The position numbers and the translations under genes are program-made. From NCBI GenBank assembly GCA_002633005.1, contig NMRA01000268.1, positions 418,611 through 482,610 of the forward strand: a DNA stretch of 64,000 nucleotides. Reading direction: 5' to 3'. The stretch comes from Phoronis australis. Its lineage: Eukaryota > Animalia > Phoronida. The notes beneath the pieces are model-generated. The model was not told the origin of the DNA. It was given only the letters and a program-made list of their open reading frames with translations, and ran no database searches. Positions 35,851 to 48,842 of the stretch are shown here, in pieces (within the stretch, counting starts at the first letter, position 1; every line of letters begins with the position of its first letter).

Positions 35851-38800
35851 AACAAAATATCGAAAGGGAACCAAGAAACACAGCAAATCTAAAAAAATAA
35901 GTCCTCTTACCGTATCTCAGCACTTCAATTTCAGTTCAGAGATAATAGTTTTCATCTTAAATCTTCTTATTCTTCACCTTATTAACCCGCCGTATCACTG
36001 TATGTTATGGCCGCCATTCTACCTCTACAATTCCTGGCAACAGGCGCATTGTAATCCCTTGTCGGCGAGTCATAACAAGCGTCGAAAGCAGTTGTGGGAA
36101 AAGTCGTGTGAGAAGTTTGTGCTGCCCTTATTTCGGTATGTGTGCCTACGTTTTGTAGGGTTTCCAAAAGACGAGGAGGGGAGGGAAGTTAAAAAAAGTT
36201 CGCTTCCCTGTCAGGTACATTTCTCATCATAACTTAGTCATCTATAATTCCTCAATCCCCAAATGGAATTCCAGATTTTGTTTGCCGATTTCTAAGTAGA
36301 CGTCTCGTCCCGTTCACTGCCACTGGTGAACTCTGAATGCCTGCACAAGTATTGTTTTTCAACTCACGTGCCAAACGTCAACTCACTTGATACATCCCGG
36401 TAAAATACAAAGATACAGTATCAAAGTTTGACATCAGCGTAGGCCTACACAGCAATGGGTTTTATGTCAAGACTAAATTAGCAACAGAGATGTGATGTGG
36501 TAAGCTGTTACATATTTCTTAAGACATTTTCGGGACTGGGTGAGGAACTCAAGAAGTAAAGCTTAATAATTGCCAAATGTTCAAAGAAATAGCATAAGAA
36601 TATTTATTGAAACCAAAAAAAAATGAATAACAGTTACAGAACACTCAGAATTCCACGTTATAGACATACTCTATAACCCCTTGATGAACGGATGCTTTCC
36701 AATTAAGGTGACAACGGATGACGAAGACTTTTTGGTGCATCTGACTACGTCTGCGCTGCCTTATTTTTTAACAATTGCCTCATTATCTTCAGACGTCATT
36801 GACGCATTTTTGTGAAAATTGGAAAATTTGTTTCTATGGTAGTAGCGACAACATGTTTTCATTTCAGACAAATTCGACGTATGGACAGTTTCATTACTTT
36901 CAAGTTTTTGTCTTCCGCACTCTATCTACAAAAGGGGGTACCAGGTAATCATGACATTTGGCAGATGAGTCGCTGCCAAGACCATATACGACTGACGTTG
37001 ATTTTCGAACGACTGGGACTTCTGTGACGCCACCTGGTGGCAGATTATGCATCTGGAGCTGTATCTCTTGAAATCGTTGCGGAATCTTTGTGATGTAATC
37101 TTAGGGGCATTTTAATGGAAGTCAGCCTTGTCCGTGTAGTTAATTGATCAGAAATGATGACATACGGCATGCTCATCATGGTTTTCATCGTCCATGTAAA
37201 GCTGTTCTTCACACAATAATTGATTTTAGCCCTTGTCATTTGAACGAATGACCACGTTAGATCGGATAAATGTACTGTTTGGAAATGTATGCAGCCTTCA
37301 TCTACAGCAAAACATGTTGAGACAGTCGTCTTTTTTAATACTTTCTAATTCTCAATTCAAATAGGTGAGGCAAGCCTGGGATTGCTTTACTTTAATTTAC
37401 AAGTTATCGTTTAGTAGAAGTTTCAACAGATGTAAACATAAAATCGACCTGAGTTTTACATTGATACACAAAAAGACATGAAAAACACTTTCAAGAAAGT
37501 GATTTATAATTTTGATATGAAGAAGGGAGAGAGGGAGTACACAAAAAGTCCACTATTGTATTATTGTTAGATCCTCCATTGTTGACCATCTATTTCTGAA
37601 TTCTTTAAAAATTTTGTTTCGGAATAGTAGTACGATTGTGTTTCAACAAAGTTGATTTCGGAGGTTTACCATTGAGTTGTTACCTGTACAAATAGCTTTT
37701 GAACTGGTTGATTTCTACATCTGTTTCCAAATAAAACCTATCTGTGTCGTTAGCCATATAGTCGTCTAAAAATAGTTTATACCTTTTCAATTTCTAGTGA
37801 GCTTGTGATTTGCTGAAGTGGCAGCACATGATGCCGCCTCTTGTTGGTTGTTATAGTAAGATGGCGTGGAAGTCTGTTGTTTACAGATTTTGTGCGGATT
37901 TACGGATTTCTTTATATCAAATGATTTTTAGGAAACAGCTTGAGCTCAGAAGACACTTCAGTGAAGAAATATTTTTTTCAGAATAGGAGTGGAATTAAAG
38001 CATCGTTTCCCCGCAATTTGGTTATGATAATTATGTTTATATTATCATTTTCGCATTCGGCATCTCAGTCTACCGGTCGTATTTTCTTTTACGTTTTAGG
38101 TAACAACTAAAGGTTTTTGGTATAACTACCTGTTTATTATTTACAGGGCATCCAGTTGATAATTTTAGATGCTGATAGTAATTTTGGACTCGTCTTGTCG
38201 TTAGCTGTGCCTCCATCTTAGATAATGGTGTCGTCAGTTGCACTGAATTTAGCGCCATTAAAGCCGATAAAAAATGGCTATTCCGCAGAATTTGGTTGCA
38301 GTAAGTTTAATAAGATAGACAATAAACATGTTTGGACATTTTAAGCTGTAAAATTTTGTAATTTGAATGGTTCAGCGAAGTTGCCACTGGTATTGACATA
38401 TCAATACTTTGGACCTTCGAGTGAAATTAAAAATACAAGCACTAACGATATCTGCCAAATTCAATTTGAATGTGTAGAATGGGGAAAAGCACGTAATATA
38501 TCAAAATGTCTCAATTTTTTCGCATATACAATGTGTACCATAAACAGAAAGTTGCTTTTGCAAGATGTGACGGATCAACGTATCCCGTGTACAGACAAGT
38601 TGTCTTTCTTCGGATGTAGAAGCATATCCTGATCTAGCGAGTTATGTGGGATATGGCATTGGCAAGGCTTGCAAAGACGCGAGTGATGGCAGATAAAGTC
38701 ATTTTCTTTGAAGAAATTTAAACTTCGAACCATGAAAAGAAACAACAGAAAGTCTACGTTGACTCAAACAAAACAACCCGTTCCTTTACTAATGATACGC

Positions 38801-39308
38801 AAATGACTTGATAGCTATACCGTTTAGTACCCACAAACTTTCTTCAATATGAAGACTTGTTTCCTCACACTCAAGAGGGTTGGCTTGCAACATTCAGCCA
38901 CATTTCTAAAGAAAATACTTGATCACATGGTTTCTAACAATGAGCTATAAAATTTATCTCATTGGTTCTAAGACCCGAGTGGTTGCATACTCTGTTATGA
39001 AACTTTGTGACAACTCGGGAGATGATGACAGCTTAATTCACAACAGCAAACTTTGTTCTGAAATTCAGTTTGCTGATATTAAAGTACATATAACTTGTAA
39101 CGGAATGAAACCGTTCTGACAACTTGTGACATGTAGGCAACCTCTTGGAAGAAGAACAATTGACTGAAGGATCGGGGTAAAAAGAATCTAGCCAATAGGT
39201 GAAGCAATATTTCATGGCGCCTTAAGCCGAAGTACGAGTTCGCTTCACAAATTTAGCAGCAGAATAACGCTTGAATGCCAATTTTCCAAAATAATTTAGT
39301 TAATATAA

Positions 39309-39547
39309 TAAAAAATAATTGCAGGCGGTCTCATACACGTTATACCAGACGTGCGCAGGCCTCGCATGTGGGCCCATTGCACGGATCGCCTGGAAATATT
39401 TTTATGCTTTATTAATATATGGTTAAAACCGAGCTGAGGAGCTAGAAACCTGGCTCAAGGGTTTAGCAGTGTGACCTGGTGGTTCTTGAACCCACGACCT
39501 CGAGTAAAGACAGCGGGCACTTATCAACCAGGCCACACTGCCTCCTC
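39309..39547 (-). mobile_element. tRNA-derived SINE, copy 2
   Basis: Near-identical to 16996-17235; 13-bp flanking repeat AAATAA(T/A)TTAGTT at 39289-39301 and 39548-39560. Confidence 0.8.
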
Positions 39548-39621
39548 AAATAAATTAGTTCATGTTGTATAGTAATTTGTGTCCCATGCATGCAGTTGTG
39601 TCCTCTATACAAATGTTACTG

Positions 39622-39779
39622 CCTCCCGTTCAGTAACGCTAGGCCGGACTGACCTCGTTAAAAAGCAAGACTTTGTGAGATTTCGTGAGATATTGCCATG
39701 TATTTTAAAACAGAACATGTGATTTTGACCAGATTTTAGCTAGGTTTCCGCCTAGGTCCTAGTGCTGCTGAACGCACAG
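39622..39779 (+). mobile_element. MITE family C copy
   Basis: CTG TSD on both sides; CCTCCCGTTCAG...CTGAACGCACAG. Confidence 0.75.
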
Positions 39780-41689
39780 CTGGTTTATTACCCAATATAC
39801 ACCTGTCTGTCTGTTCTGTTCCTTATCATGTGTATGTTCAATAAAGACTCTGAACTCGAGTTCTCAACTTGATCCCAAATCTACAGTTTACTCAAAGAAG
39901 AGTGTAATAGTTTTTAATGTCACTAATTTTGAGTGTCCGATTTTATTTGGCCACTTTTTACTCACATCGGCACAAAGCTGCAACGTTTGCACCAAGGCTA
40001 GGGTTATGCGTGCTTTCTTTCAAACCAGTTTCAGGTTTCATTTCTCAAAGCCAAGAATGTCCAAACTGGGCCCAGATTCATTAGATTTGCCGTGTCCAAA
40101 TAGTGCATAATGGATTTTCCAGTTGGTTTTAAAAGCGCCGAACTTCAAGATGGAGCAACCCACGTCCTTTGCCAAAAACCACTCTCTACGTAATGTATCG
40201 GCAAAACTAACGCGAATACCAGTCTAGAATTACTTTTAACGCTTGAACATATCTATTAGCTGTCCTGACGATATAAGTGTTATACCAATGGACCTGTATT
40301 CACCGCAGATACTACGCGAAAAATTACAACTGACGGAAAAAATTAGTAATTTTTTACGAATTTATAGTTTTAAGTGATTTTGAAGGTTCGTCAACGTTTA
40401 CAAACGTTGAAGACCGTTCAAAACCACAGTTTATACATGATTACCATAAACAAACAGCACGGAAAAGACACCTCAATTGTGTTTCTGAACCAATCTGCTC
40501 ATGTTTTGTAAGTAACCCGATTTTGGTGATTTCCACACCCTTGTGTGCATAATGACGTCACAACGGACGCCCAATGCGAAATAAAGTTGTTCCCCTACAT
40601 GGTCTCAGGATGAAAAGACTGAAGTTACAGCCCATGGTCTCAAATGTTGAACGATTTTGGACGCCACCTTCAGTGTTGGCATAGATTATAGACAACAAAT
40701 TTGCAACTCCGGCATATTCTTACCAGACTGATGTTCTTCTCCAACGTCCATCGTAAAAAATCGACGTTGCAAGTGATGGAAACTTGTCTACGCTGTTTCT
40801 TACCTTTAACCCGTTTTTTAATAAAGGGGTGTACTGTTTTTGTCTCATGTTGATAGTGCATAATCTATGGTTTTACAATGTATTAATCGTGTTAAATGCA
40901 TATATATGAACTGGTCTCATTGAGGTGCACAGCAAATAAATTAACTATAACCAATTAAAGTTTTGAAAATATAAAGAGCAGTAACAGACTCCCTAAAAAT
41001 CAGGCTTGTTTTAGAAAGGTTTGCGCCATTGGTGATCCGATTGGTTCAATCGCTTGCGGCGGGAAAATGATAGACCCACTCATTGTGCGCGTGTACACTG
41101 TATCAATGCTTTGTATCTTATTCTTATTTGTCTAATCTGTTGATACAGTAAATTTCCTTATTTATGCCCATCCTGATTTAACCCCGACTTGAGCTCCTTG
41201 GGTTCTACCATATTGGGGCTGTCCAGGGACTCACCCAGTCTTCAAAATGGGGGGCTCGAATTCCTGACGTTATGGACCTGTTGTTAACAAGAGAGCGGGC
41301 AGACATTTTTGCCCACTTCGCCAAATGGGGGGGGCTCGTTTGAGCCCTCCGAGCTCCCCCTGGGTGCGCGCATGAAGTACCACCTTATTGTCATATTTAC
41401 GAACAATGGAAGTAACAGAAATGAAGCACAGTTATCAAAAGCTTTAACTGAGTGGTCATTTGGTGTTGCGTATGGTGTCCGGCATTACAAAAAATAAATA
41501 CCACATGCGCGCACCCAGCCTAAAAATGAGGGGGCTCGAATTTTTGAAAATGTGGACCTACGAATTGTGCATTCGCCGAATTTTGGTAGTTCCGGTGTTC
41601 TTAGTGCACTTTTGTCACGTTTTCTTCTTTTTTTCTGAGTTTCTGCATGTTTCTTCACATATCTCCCAAAACAAAATAAAAATATGCAA

Positions 41690-42219
41690 ACAAAGGNCTG
41701 GCCAAATGTGCGCATTATGCTGAGACCGTCTGATCAGGGCCACCGAAGAGTAATTTGGTTAATTCGCTCACTAGACTATGGCTGAAGGTCCTCGTAAGGA
41801 CATGAGTTCACCAGTCACTACCATTGGAAGAAATTTAGCGGACATTTTTCGTCAAAAAGTTTACCAGATAGTTTTCATCAAAACGGAGAAAAGAAAAATG
41901 GATTTGTGAAGACAGGATTAAGTAGTAGGCCTACCAGAGCCTCTTAAAAAACACCCATCTTCGTAGTGACTTGAACAAATGTACAAGTTTTTTTGGAAGA
42001 ACAACTTCCATTCACGTCGACGCGAGAACATAACTTTTTCTCCCAACCGGCCACACAGCAGCCGACCATGATTAGCAGACGACGTACTTGCCGGAAATTA
42101 CACCAGATAATTTAGCCAGGTGTCGCCAGTGTATAATGACGTAAGGGCTTGTGCGCAAGCTCACAGATTTCGTCCATTGAAAGTATACGGAGTTGGCGGT
42201 CCATGTACTATAGTCTATG
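41690..42219 (-). mobile_element. End fragment of the CATAGA-terminus element
   Basis: 42110-42219 is the reverse complement of 10272-10374 plus the post-MITE continuation; 41700-41745 matches 10580-10628. Confidence 0.7.
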
Positions 42220-42434
42220 GTTTTGGCAATTTTACATAGACAAGAAGAATTGGTGTTTTGTTTGGGTGTATACAGACTCCATTGTCATGTATACTTCTTT
42301 GAAATCCAAGGGTCACCAGATTCGTAATTTGACAAATTTCTTATCTTTTGATCACATGACTCTCTATTAGCTGACTTTTGAAGCGCAGGTTTTGTAAATT
42401 AAAGATACTTGATTTGAATACATTCCATTGTTAG

Positions 42435-44697
42435 GTGTGATGACGGTGAACGTATCTCCATATCATCTTTCTGTGACTTCATCAAAGACTGCAAAGACGG
42501 AAGTGACGAAAGCAACTGCACGTTCCCATCCTGCTCCGCAGATGAATTTACGTGTGAATCTGGCCAATGCATCCCGCAAAGCCGATCCTGTGATTTCAAG
42601 AGTGATTGTTTCGATGGATCTGACGAAACCGAAGGTAATTGTCGATGGATAAAAAACTGTGAACAATTGAAGGGGTTCCGCTGTTTTTCCGGAGACTGTA
42701 TTGCCCGTAACTTAAGACACAATTTAAGGAACGATTGTCCTGGGCAGGTCCAAGAAGATGAGCTATTCTCGAAAATAGACTATGCACGAGGGTGGTACAT
42801 TCCAGTACTTACTTGGCGTGGTGCTCCGATAGCTGAAACCAATTTGCGACCTTTCTGCTTATCTACCCACAACCATGTGCGTTGCAAGACGAATAACCCA
42901 TCGTGCTTTGATAGAGGACAAACCTGCATATACGACGGGGCTTTGGGATGTGGAGACAAAAGCCATCTTAAAAACTGTGAACAATTTCAGTGCATGGGAT
43001 TTTTCAAGTGTCCGTCAGGTTATTGCATCCCAAAACACAGGGTGTGTGATGGTACGTGGGATTGTACTGGGGGGAGTGATGAAAGTGCATGTTCGAGTTA
43101 TAGCTGTCTAGGTGACTTTATGTGTCGAGGTGAATCCAGATGTCTGAAGCAGTCTCAGGTTTGCGATGGTGTTGTTGATTGTAAGCAGTCGAAAGACGAT
43201 GAAATGTTTTGCGACTTAAAAACTCCATGTCCAAGTGGTTGCAAATGTTGGGGTTATATTCTAATCTGTGAAAATTCCTCTCTCACGGAAGTTCCAAGTG
43301 GTTTCAAAAACATGAGAGCGGTCTTACTTTCGGGAAACGAGCTGTCAATCAACAGCTCTACATTCAATAATTACTCATTTTTAGGGAGGTTGGACTTATC
43401 AAATAATCAGATTTCAGTACTTCCGTCATACACATTCCGTAATTTGCTAAATTTATTCGAATTGATACTGAGAGGAAATTTGTTGACTTCACTGAATTCA
43501 AATACTTTCGAAAGCCTGTCACTGAAATTATTAGATCTACAAATGAATAACCTTAAAACAATTGCAATTGACGCCTTCAATGGTCTGAGAAGAGTTGATG
43601 TTCTGAGTTTACAACACAACAACGAGTTTCTTTTCATTCATAAAGATACCTTACAAAAGCTGAAGCTGTCCACATTGCTGACAGACAATTTTAGATTCTG
43701 TTGTCCAGTTAATAGCTCTGTTACCTGCAAACCAGAAAAGAACCCGTTTTCTTCTTGTTCTGACATGATTGCAAACAATTTCCTTCGAGTCTCGTTGTGG
43801 GTTCTTGGAATTATCGCTTTTATCGGCAATTTATTTGTTTTCATTTGGAGATTAAAAACTGACAGAGACAGAGCAAATTCTATCTTTCTCATAAATCTTG
43901 CGCTTTCCGACTTTTTAATGAGTATTTACATGCTTTTAATTGCTTTTGTGGATGCATATTTTATGTTAATGGGTGAGTACTACTTGAGAGACCCCTCATG
44001 GCGAAACAGCACGCTATGTCGGATTGCTGGAGTCACATCTTTCATAGCCTCAGAAATGTCTGTTTACATACTAACCATCATAACCATCGATCGTGTCATC
44101 GCGATGGTGTTCGTTTTCAAGATTCCACCTGTCACCAAGCGCATTGGCGTCATCTTGATGGTGATTGGTTGGTTCACGTGGCTAGCGATAGCGACGCTTC
44201 CCTTTTACGCTCTGGGGAACGGAGACACTAGAGGCAACATGAGCTTCTATGGTGGGACCTCGGTTTGCTTACCCTTTACTCTTTCAACTGATTTCAATTT
44301 GATATCTGTTTCTATTTTCATCATTTTCAACTTTGTAGCTTTTCTTGTAATATTATTGGGCTATTTATTATTGTATATTCACGTTCGGAGTAGCGCCAAG
44401 AAGACTGGGAGAGCGTCAGTTCACCAAGATATCGAACTCGCTAAGAAGCTAAGCCTCATAATCTTTTCTGACTTCTGCTGCTGGTTACCTATAATGGTTG
44501 CTGGTTTATTAAGTATTACTGGCCATCAGATATCTCCAGAGTTCTCAGCCTGGGTGGCGGTGTTCATTATGCCTTTAAACTCCGCACTGAATCCCTACAT
44601 TTACACTTTATCGACTTTTAAATGTGGTCGTGCAAAACGAGGTAACCAGGCTTCCGCTACACGTTTGACAGAATTTACTCACAAAACAGGTTCATGA
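42435..44697 (+). CDS. GRL101-like LGR receptor, coding exon 2: about 6 LDLa, LRRNT, LRRs, hinge, class-A 7TM
   Basis: Open from the acceptor and in frame with ORF 42667-44697. DGSDE-type LDLa repeats, CPSGCKC, LDLSNNQI, FRFCC..FSSCSDM hinge, GNLFV, NLALSDFLM, TIDR, VCLP, SDFCCWLPI, NSALNPYIYT. Confidence 0.93.
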
Positions 44698-45739
44698 GCT
44701 TTAAAAATGCACACTGTTTCCATTTCATTTTTGTTTAAATATATTATAATACAAAACGTCAATGCAAACCAGATTGGTCAACCCTTATTTTTGGATGGTG
44801 GCCTTTGAACACGGAAAATCCTTTATTTCCAGCAGAAACTTCAGCTATTTGATGTTCAACGAACCAACAGCGACCAGCAAATATATCTGCTAAGACTGAA
44901 TGAGCAGCAAAGCGCTTACATATTTACCTATATTTCTTGGCGAAATGGATTTTCCCTACTCTGCTGCTTTGTTGACTGTGTTGTTTTTCTGTGCTTGCAC
45001 GTAGGGTATAGCTCGTATTTTACATCTGATCGACATAGCATGTACACACCATATGTATCTCGTGAAAGTCTCGGACGCAAGTTGAGGTTGGGACGGTCTT
45101 TTAATTCTCATTTGCCAAGCTCTATCTCCGCTGTCTTTTAGGTAGTTTCAATGATGACCTATCTCGATCTATATATTTTAACATTATCATAATCACAGTA
45201 GAAGCTTTTTCAGATTAGTCCGTTTAAAATAAACTATAACCAAAAATAAGCACAAAAGAGAATACTGACTCGTTTTTTATTATTGCTACTAATCTTGGTC
45301 ATCGCCTACCACTCTGTACTTATTAAAAGTACTGGCACGAATGCAGTTAACAAGAACGTTCATTACCGGGAACACTTTTAGCTGTCTTGACCTTAGACTG
45401 GATAACAAATCGCGACTCTTCATCATTTAAATGAACCCTTTTCTTTTTCATCATTCAAGTCCAAGGAATGAGTGTCATTGATCAAAAGGTACGACAAAAA
45501 TAGAAATAACGGGCGCGTAGATTTTTGTTTTTTTGTTGTCAAACATATCAAAGCAAAGTTAAGTGTCATTTTACTGTGGCGGCCATATTACTAGTGCGCT
45601 ACCTCTAAATAATTCAAAGTGAAACCTAGAAGTTCACTAGTGTTAAATTCTGCTCATTTTGATAATTAACGTAGAAAACAAATCTGAAAATAAACAAGGC
45701 AATCCAGATCCTCTCAAGGATACTATTGTTTATGAAATG

Positions 45740-46130
45740 TAGAATATATAGATTGAACACGATACGTAAAAACATTTCTGATACTATAGTTAATCATTTC
45801 AATTCCAAAAACCATAATCTTCAAGATCTTTCTGTGCAAATAATAGAAAACTCCAATACCCCAGTACCACTCATAGACTCAAAAGAGAGCAATTTTGGAT
45901 AGACAAGCTCAATACACTAGAACCTCATGGATTAAACATAAAAACTTCTTAAATTATATCATTAAATTTCTTCCGCAACAATGTGTCATATTCATTACGC
46001 TACATCTTAAATGTCAATTGTCATATAGTGCTTGATTTTACTTTATTTCTGTTTCTGTTGACGAAGGATGTTATTATATCCGAAAATTTCAGTCGATCCA
46101 TTCTTCTTGTTTGATTTACCTATATATGTT
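45740..46130 (+). mobile_element. Neptune-type Penelope-like element 3' fragment (GIY-YIG tail + pseudo-LTR)
   Basis: NHFNSKNHNLQDLSVQIIE / RLKREQFWIDKLNTLEPHGLN with a frameshift, followed by a hammerhead-like motif. Confidence 0.75.
46055..46095 (+). ncRNA. Degenerate minimal hammerhead-ribozyme-like motif of the PLE
   Basis: tTGACGA-a-GGAT(loop)ATCC-GAAA-atttc. Stem II and GAAA are intact; the first core C is a T. Confidence 0.5.
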
Positions 46131-47223
46131 CATTTTGAAAAACGTTAAGTTTTCGTTCATGAAGTTTAAAACTAGAATGACCTGGGAAGTGCATCTTTAG
46201 CATTTACATTTTGTAAATGGCTAAGACCTTAATTTGATTGGTTGATTTCGTTTAAATCACCAACTGGTTCAACAAAACCCTCTCTAGCACTCTGTTTCAG
46301 GAGACCTGACAAATTTCGTAATGGCAGACAGCACGCCAAATGGAGTTTCTAAAAATGAAGACATTCAACGATGCCATGCTTTTTGCCTTGGTATGTCCAC
46401 TGAAAAAATACAGAAACCAAAAATGACCATCTTGAGCGTTGCCTGAAAGTCTCGGGTGTGTTTTATGATTTGACCTCGAGAGACAGGTCGTTTCGGTCGA
46501 GTCTTTCCATCAATTTTAAATAGCTGGTGGTTTTATTGTCATCATGGAGTTTCATAGACGAGTAAACTGACTCGATCAAAACAATTTACTGATGAATTGT
46601 CATTTGTAATTACTGACAGGGATAATGACTCTGGCTATTTAGGATGATGGTGGTGTACCACGTGTATCAAAGTAATAATGACACTATGTGCATTGGCACA
46701 CAAGTCTATATTTTAAATATAAAACCAAGAAAATCGGTTAATCATTGAACTAATGAAGCAATTTAATCAGAAGTGACCTCTCAAAAATCACGTAACATAC
46801 TGTTATGTTGTTCACACTGCCGGGTTGAGGTGGTTGTTTTGGCCAAAGGTCAGGTCACGCCTCAAAGCCGTCAAGCATCACTGACAATGAATCAGCTGGT
46901 CAGAATCAACGGACATATGTTGGACATTGCTGTATTCAGATGTAGGCTATCTAATTACAAACTGAGACAACTTTGGAATGAAGAAATCAACAAGCATATC
47001 AACCTATCGAAACATTCCCCGAATCGCCTCCTTTCATCCTTTTGATAATTTAATGTTTAAATGGGTGTCCATTTGGAGATTACAATTTTCAAACACAATG
47101 TGAGTAAAAACTCCTATACTTTGGCTGTAATGCCAGCAAAAAATCAAATATGAAAGCAAACATATCTTCTCTTTCAGAGTTATCCTTATTTAAATTCTGC
47201 CTCATAATTTTGAGAACATGTTT

Positions 47224-47640
47224 AATAGCGGAGTTGCAACGCCACCATATTGCAAATGGGTCAGAATGTTGCATTGTGGTTAAGCCGGTAAACAAGTACG
47301 TCGGCAAGCGTGGGGGCGAACCGGCCACAGGGAGGTTATACGTGTTGTGTGCCTGGCATGCTATAATACCAGTTAGCGAGATAAAAAATTTAGTTACTAT
47401 CTGTTTCCCAAGGATCAAGAACTGCGTTAAACATGGTCAGAGACATCGGCAGAGCTGTTAGCAAAGGCCGACTTCGTGAATTCTTTCCGACTTCGTAGCA
47501 TAAAGTATGCAGCGCACATTTTGAGGGCGGCATGAAAACGTATCTTGGGAACTGCCCAACAATATCTCCCTTCAAAGAAACAGTAACAAATACTCCACGG
47601 CGGTTGATAGTGAAAAAACCTTGTTTTCGCTTGACAAGAA
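47224..47640 (+). mobile_element. 5' end of a THAP-encoding DNA transposon (decayed)
   Basis: Terminus AATAGCGGAGTTGCAACGCCACCATATTG, then GGYTCCVPG../FPKDQELR../KVCSAHFEGG across frameshifts. Confidence 0.7.
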
Positions 47641-48523
47641 CCAAGCCAACATGAGCAATTTTGATTATAACGGCTCTGCACAATCACCTGTTCTGGGCCA
47701 ACTCACTTAACGTGCGCACACTATATGCATTAACTCGCTAAGATAAAGCGTGCAGAATATGATTATTTACTTCTACAAAATTGTGGTGCATTGCTATCAA
47801 AATTCGTTGTCAAATTACGATCATTTTTCATAAAATTGTGTTGAATTCCCAGGGCTAAATCTTGCCGACAAATGCGTAGCTGCCGGTCTCGCAATCGTTG
47901 ATAGGGCTTGAATTCTTGAATAAGAATACAGCTCCGACTCAACAAATTACCTGAAATCCTCCTCAAGTTTTCCAAATAGCGTCTCTAAGATTTTTAAGTT
48001 CTTGTGGAGTCTAGATTAACTGCAGATTAAGTCCAATTCTGCGCTAGATTGTAGCCCGCAACACTAGAAAAATCTTTGGAGGAACACACATGTTGTTGTC
48101 ACGTGACGTTTGTTTTGAAGTTTGTATGCGTGTGTGTGAGAGTAACCGTGCGTGTGCTTGTCATCAGAGTTCATTTGCCAGAGTAAATGCGATGTAATGA
48201 TCTAGGTGTGCATTGTATCCAAAGAAATTAATTCAAGCAGTCAAGCAGAGCGTGTTTTAATATTTATCGTAATCTATTTTGCCCGGGGTACGCCACGAGC
48301 TATGTTGCAGAGTAAAACAAGAGGAGGATTGCGAATATTGTCATTTATTATGACGTAATAGATAAAACTAACTAAGACTCTGCAAGATGGGCATGCAAAA
48401 AACGCCCACCGGCGTGTACAATGAATAGCCCTGCAAGAGGGAACAAAACAAGAAAACTGCCTGAAGGGCTTAAAGGAAAAGTACAGAACATGAAAACAAA
48501 ACTTGAAAGAAAAAAAAAANGGG

Positions 48524-48842
48524 CTACGTGTTGCCTACTAGATGGCTCCGCGTTGGTTTGAATGCGCTAAATCTCCCCTTACTCCCAGCTCTCCTAATGT
48601 TGTTTATCCATTTTTCACAAAGTTCTTGGTTTGCAGGGAACACATAAAAACTCAGATTTTTATCTCTCTTGTTGTTTTTGAAGCAGCCAGGAACACAACA
48701 AGTGTATCCGCCGTAAGTTTTCTTCGCGCTCATACCGCGTATTATGCTTGATACTATGGCCGCTTTCGGAATCCTGACCACAGCACCCACAATGCACCAT
48801 TTTAACCTAATTTCAATATGGCGTCGCTGCAAATCCGCTATT
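48524..48842 (-). mobile_element. 5' end of a related THAP-encoding DNA transposon, truncated
   Basis: Terminus AATAGCGGATTTGCAGCGACGCCATATTG; MSAKKTYGGYTCCVPGCFKNNKRDKNLSFYVFP..ELCEKWINNIRR. Confidence 0.75.

Larger units (their letters stand above)
24677..42434 (+). other. 17,758-bp phase-2 intron of the receptor gene, filled with transposons
   Basis: GTAAGT donor and cattccattgttag acceptor. The join AA+G restores FKCDDG..CD...DC.DGSDE (LDLa) in frame with the 7TM ORF. Confidence 0.85.

Noticed and set aside
42667-44697. Stand-alone 676-aa GPCR gene
   Set aside because: It starts at TTG inside an LDLa array with no signal peptide, and the frame is open back to the splice acceptor at 42434.
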